Positions 54,447 through 54,617 of a stretch of DNA of 54,617 nucleotides are shown one piece after another. Origin of the DNA: Chloroflexota bacterium (lineage in GTDB: Bacteria; Chloroflexota; Anaerolineae; Anaerolineales; Villigracilaceae); NCBI GenBank assembly GCA_017743695.1, contig JAGHYK010000001.1:1-54617 (forward strand), given 5' to 3'. The notes below the pieces were generated by a model. The model made no database searches. It had not been told where the DNA came from and worked only from the letters and a program-made list of their open reading frames with translations. The translations under genes were made by a program, and so were the position numbers. How positions within the stretch are numbered: position 1 is the first letter of the stretch; each line of letters starts with the position of its first letter.

Positions 54447-54567
54447 AAACACAACCGTTTTGATGCAAGACTGAACAGTTACCTCGTGTCTCCGTGTGAT
54501 ACTGTATCATTCGTTCAGGAAATTCGCAGCGAGTCGCCCGAAAGCCATGAAAAACCCTCCGCCTCCT

Positions 54568-54617
54568 GTCATTGCGAGCGTAGCGAAGCAATCTCCTGGC
54601 CGATAGGGGGATTGCTT
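54568..54617. repeat. Second inverted pair of the same family, truncated by the window end
   Basis: gtcattgcgagcgtagcgaagcaatc (54568-54593), then gggggattgctt (54606-54617) begins the reverse unit. Confidence 0.7.

Noticed and set aside
53946-54617. Possible CRISPR array, suggested by the recurring GTCATTGCGAG/CGAAGCAATC words
   Set aside because: The units occur in both orientations as inverted pairs with irregular spacing. Unit lengths differ, and no cas genes or leader are present. This is not CRISPR architecture.

Overview
This is a 54.6-kb chromosomal segment, high-GC by eye. Gene content (split methylmalonyl-CoA mutase, fused transaldolase/PGI, ba3-type oxidase, GT-C glycosyltransferases, NBR1-like secreted proteins) and the short intergenic repeat families suggest an aerobic, possibly thermophilic, Chloroflexota-like bacterium; this is inference only. 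I support 54 protein-coding features. I saw no rRNA, tRNA, CRISPR array, transposase or integrase. Layout: (1) 1-1945 holds orphan Rhs C-terminal toxin cassettes with a HEAT-repeat putative immunity gene. (2) 2.2-21.4 kb is one long minus-strand gene train: DHH-CBS-CCA enzyme, DsbA-like protein, hydrolase, GNAT, TPR, XRE, a TadZ/small-ORF/TadA module, a two-component system, DUF503, LysM-M23 peptidase, GT-C transferase, SET-domain protein, and sugar transferase/acetyltransferase, followed after a repeat element by a large NBR1-like secreted protein. (3) 21.5-37.1 kb is core metabolism: purB, guaB, tal-pgi fusion, mdh, gltA, prs, MeaB and the B12-binding MCM subunit. (4) 37.7-45.8 kb is a mixed accessory region: AidB-like dehydrogenase, CYTH, signal-less PhoD, radical SAM, emfourin-like ORF, M4 protease, a response regulator and an FGE-like lipoprotein. 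(5) 46.1-53.5 kb is an Rrf2-headed respiratory cluster: two Sco paralogs, PCuAC, and ba3 oxidase subunits IIa/II/I. These are followed by an unusual 739-aa fusion (di-heme cytochrome b + 2x[4Fe-4S] + MvhD-like + cytochrome c) and a lipoprotein cytochrome c. I rate that fusion the most interesting candidate. Intergenic space carries at least two families of short structured dispersed repeats, and an AT-rich island sits near the right edge. All functional calls come from motif-level reading of the translations. No database search was run.
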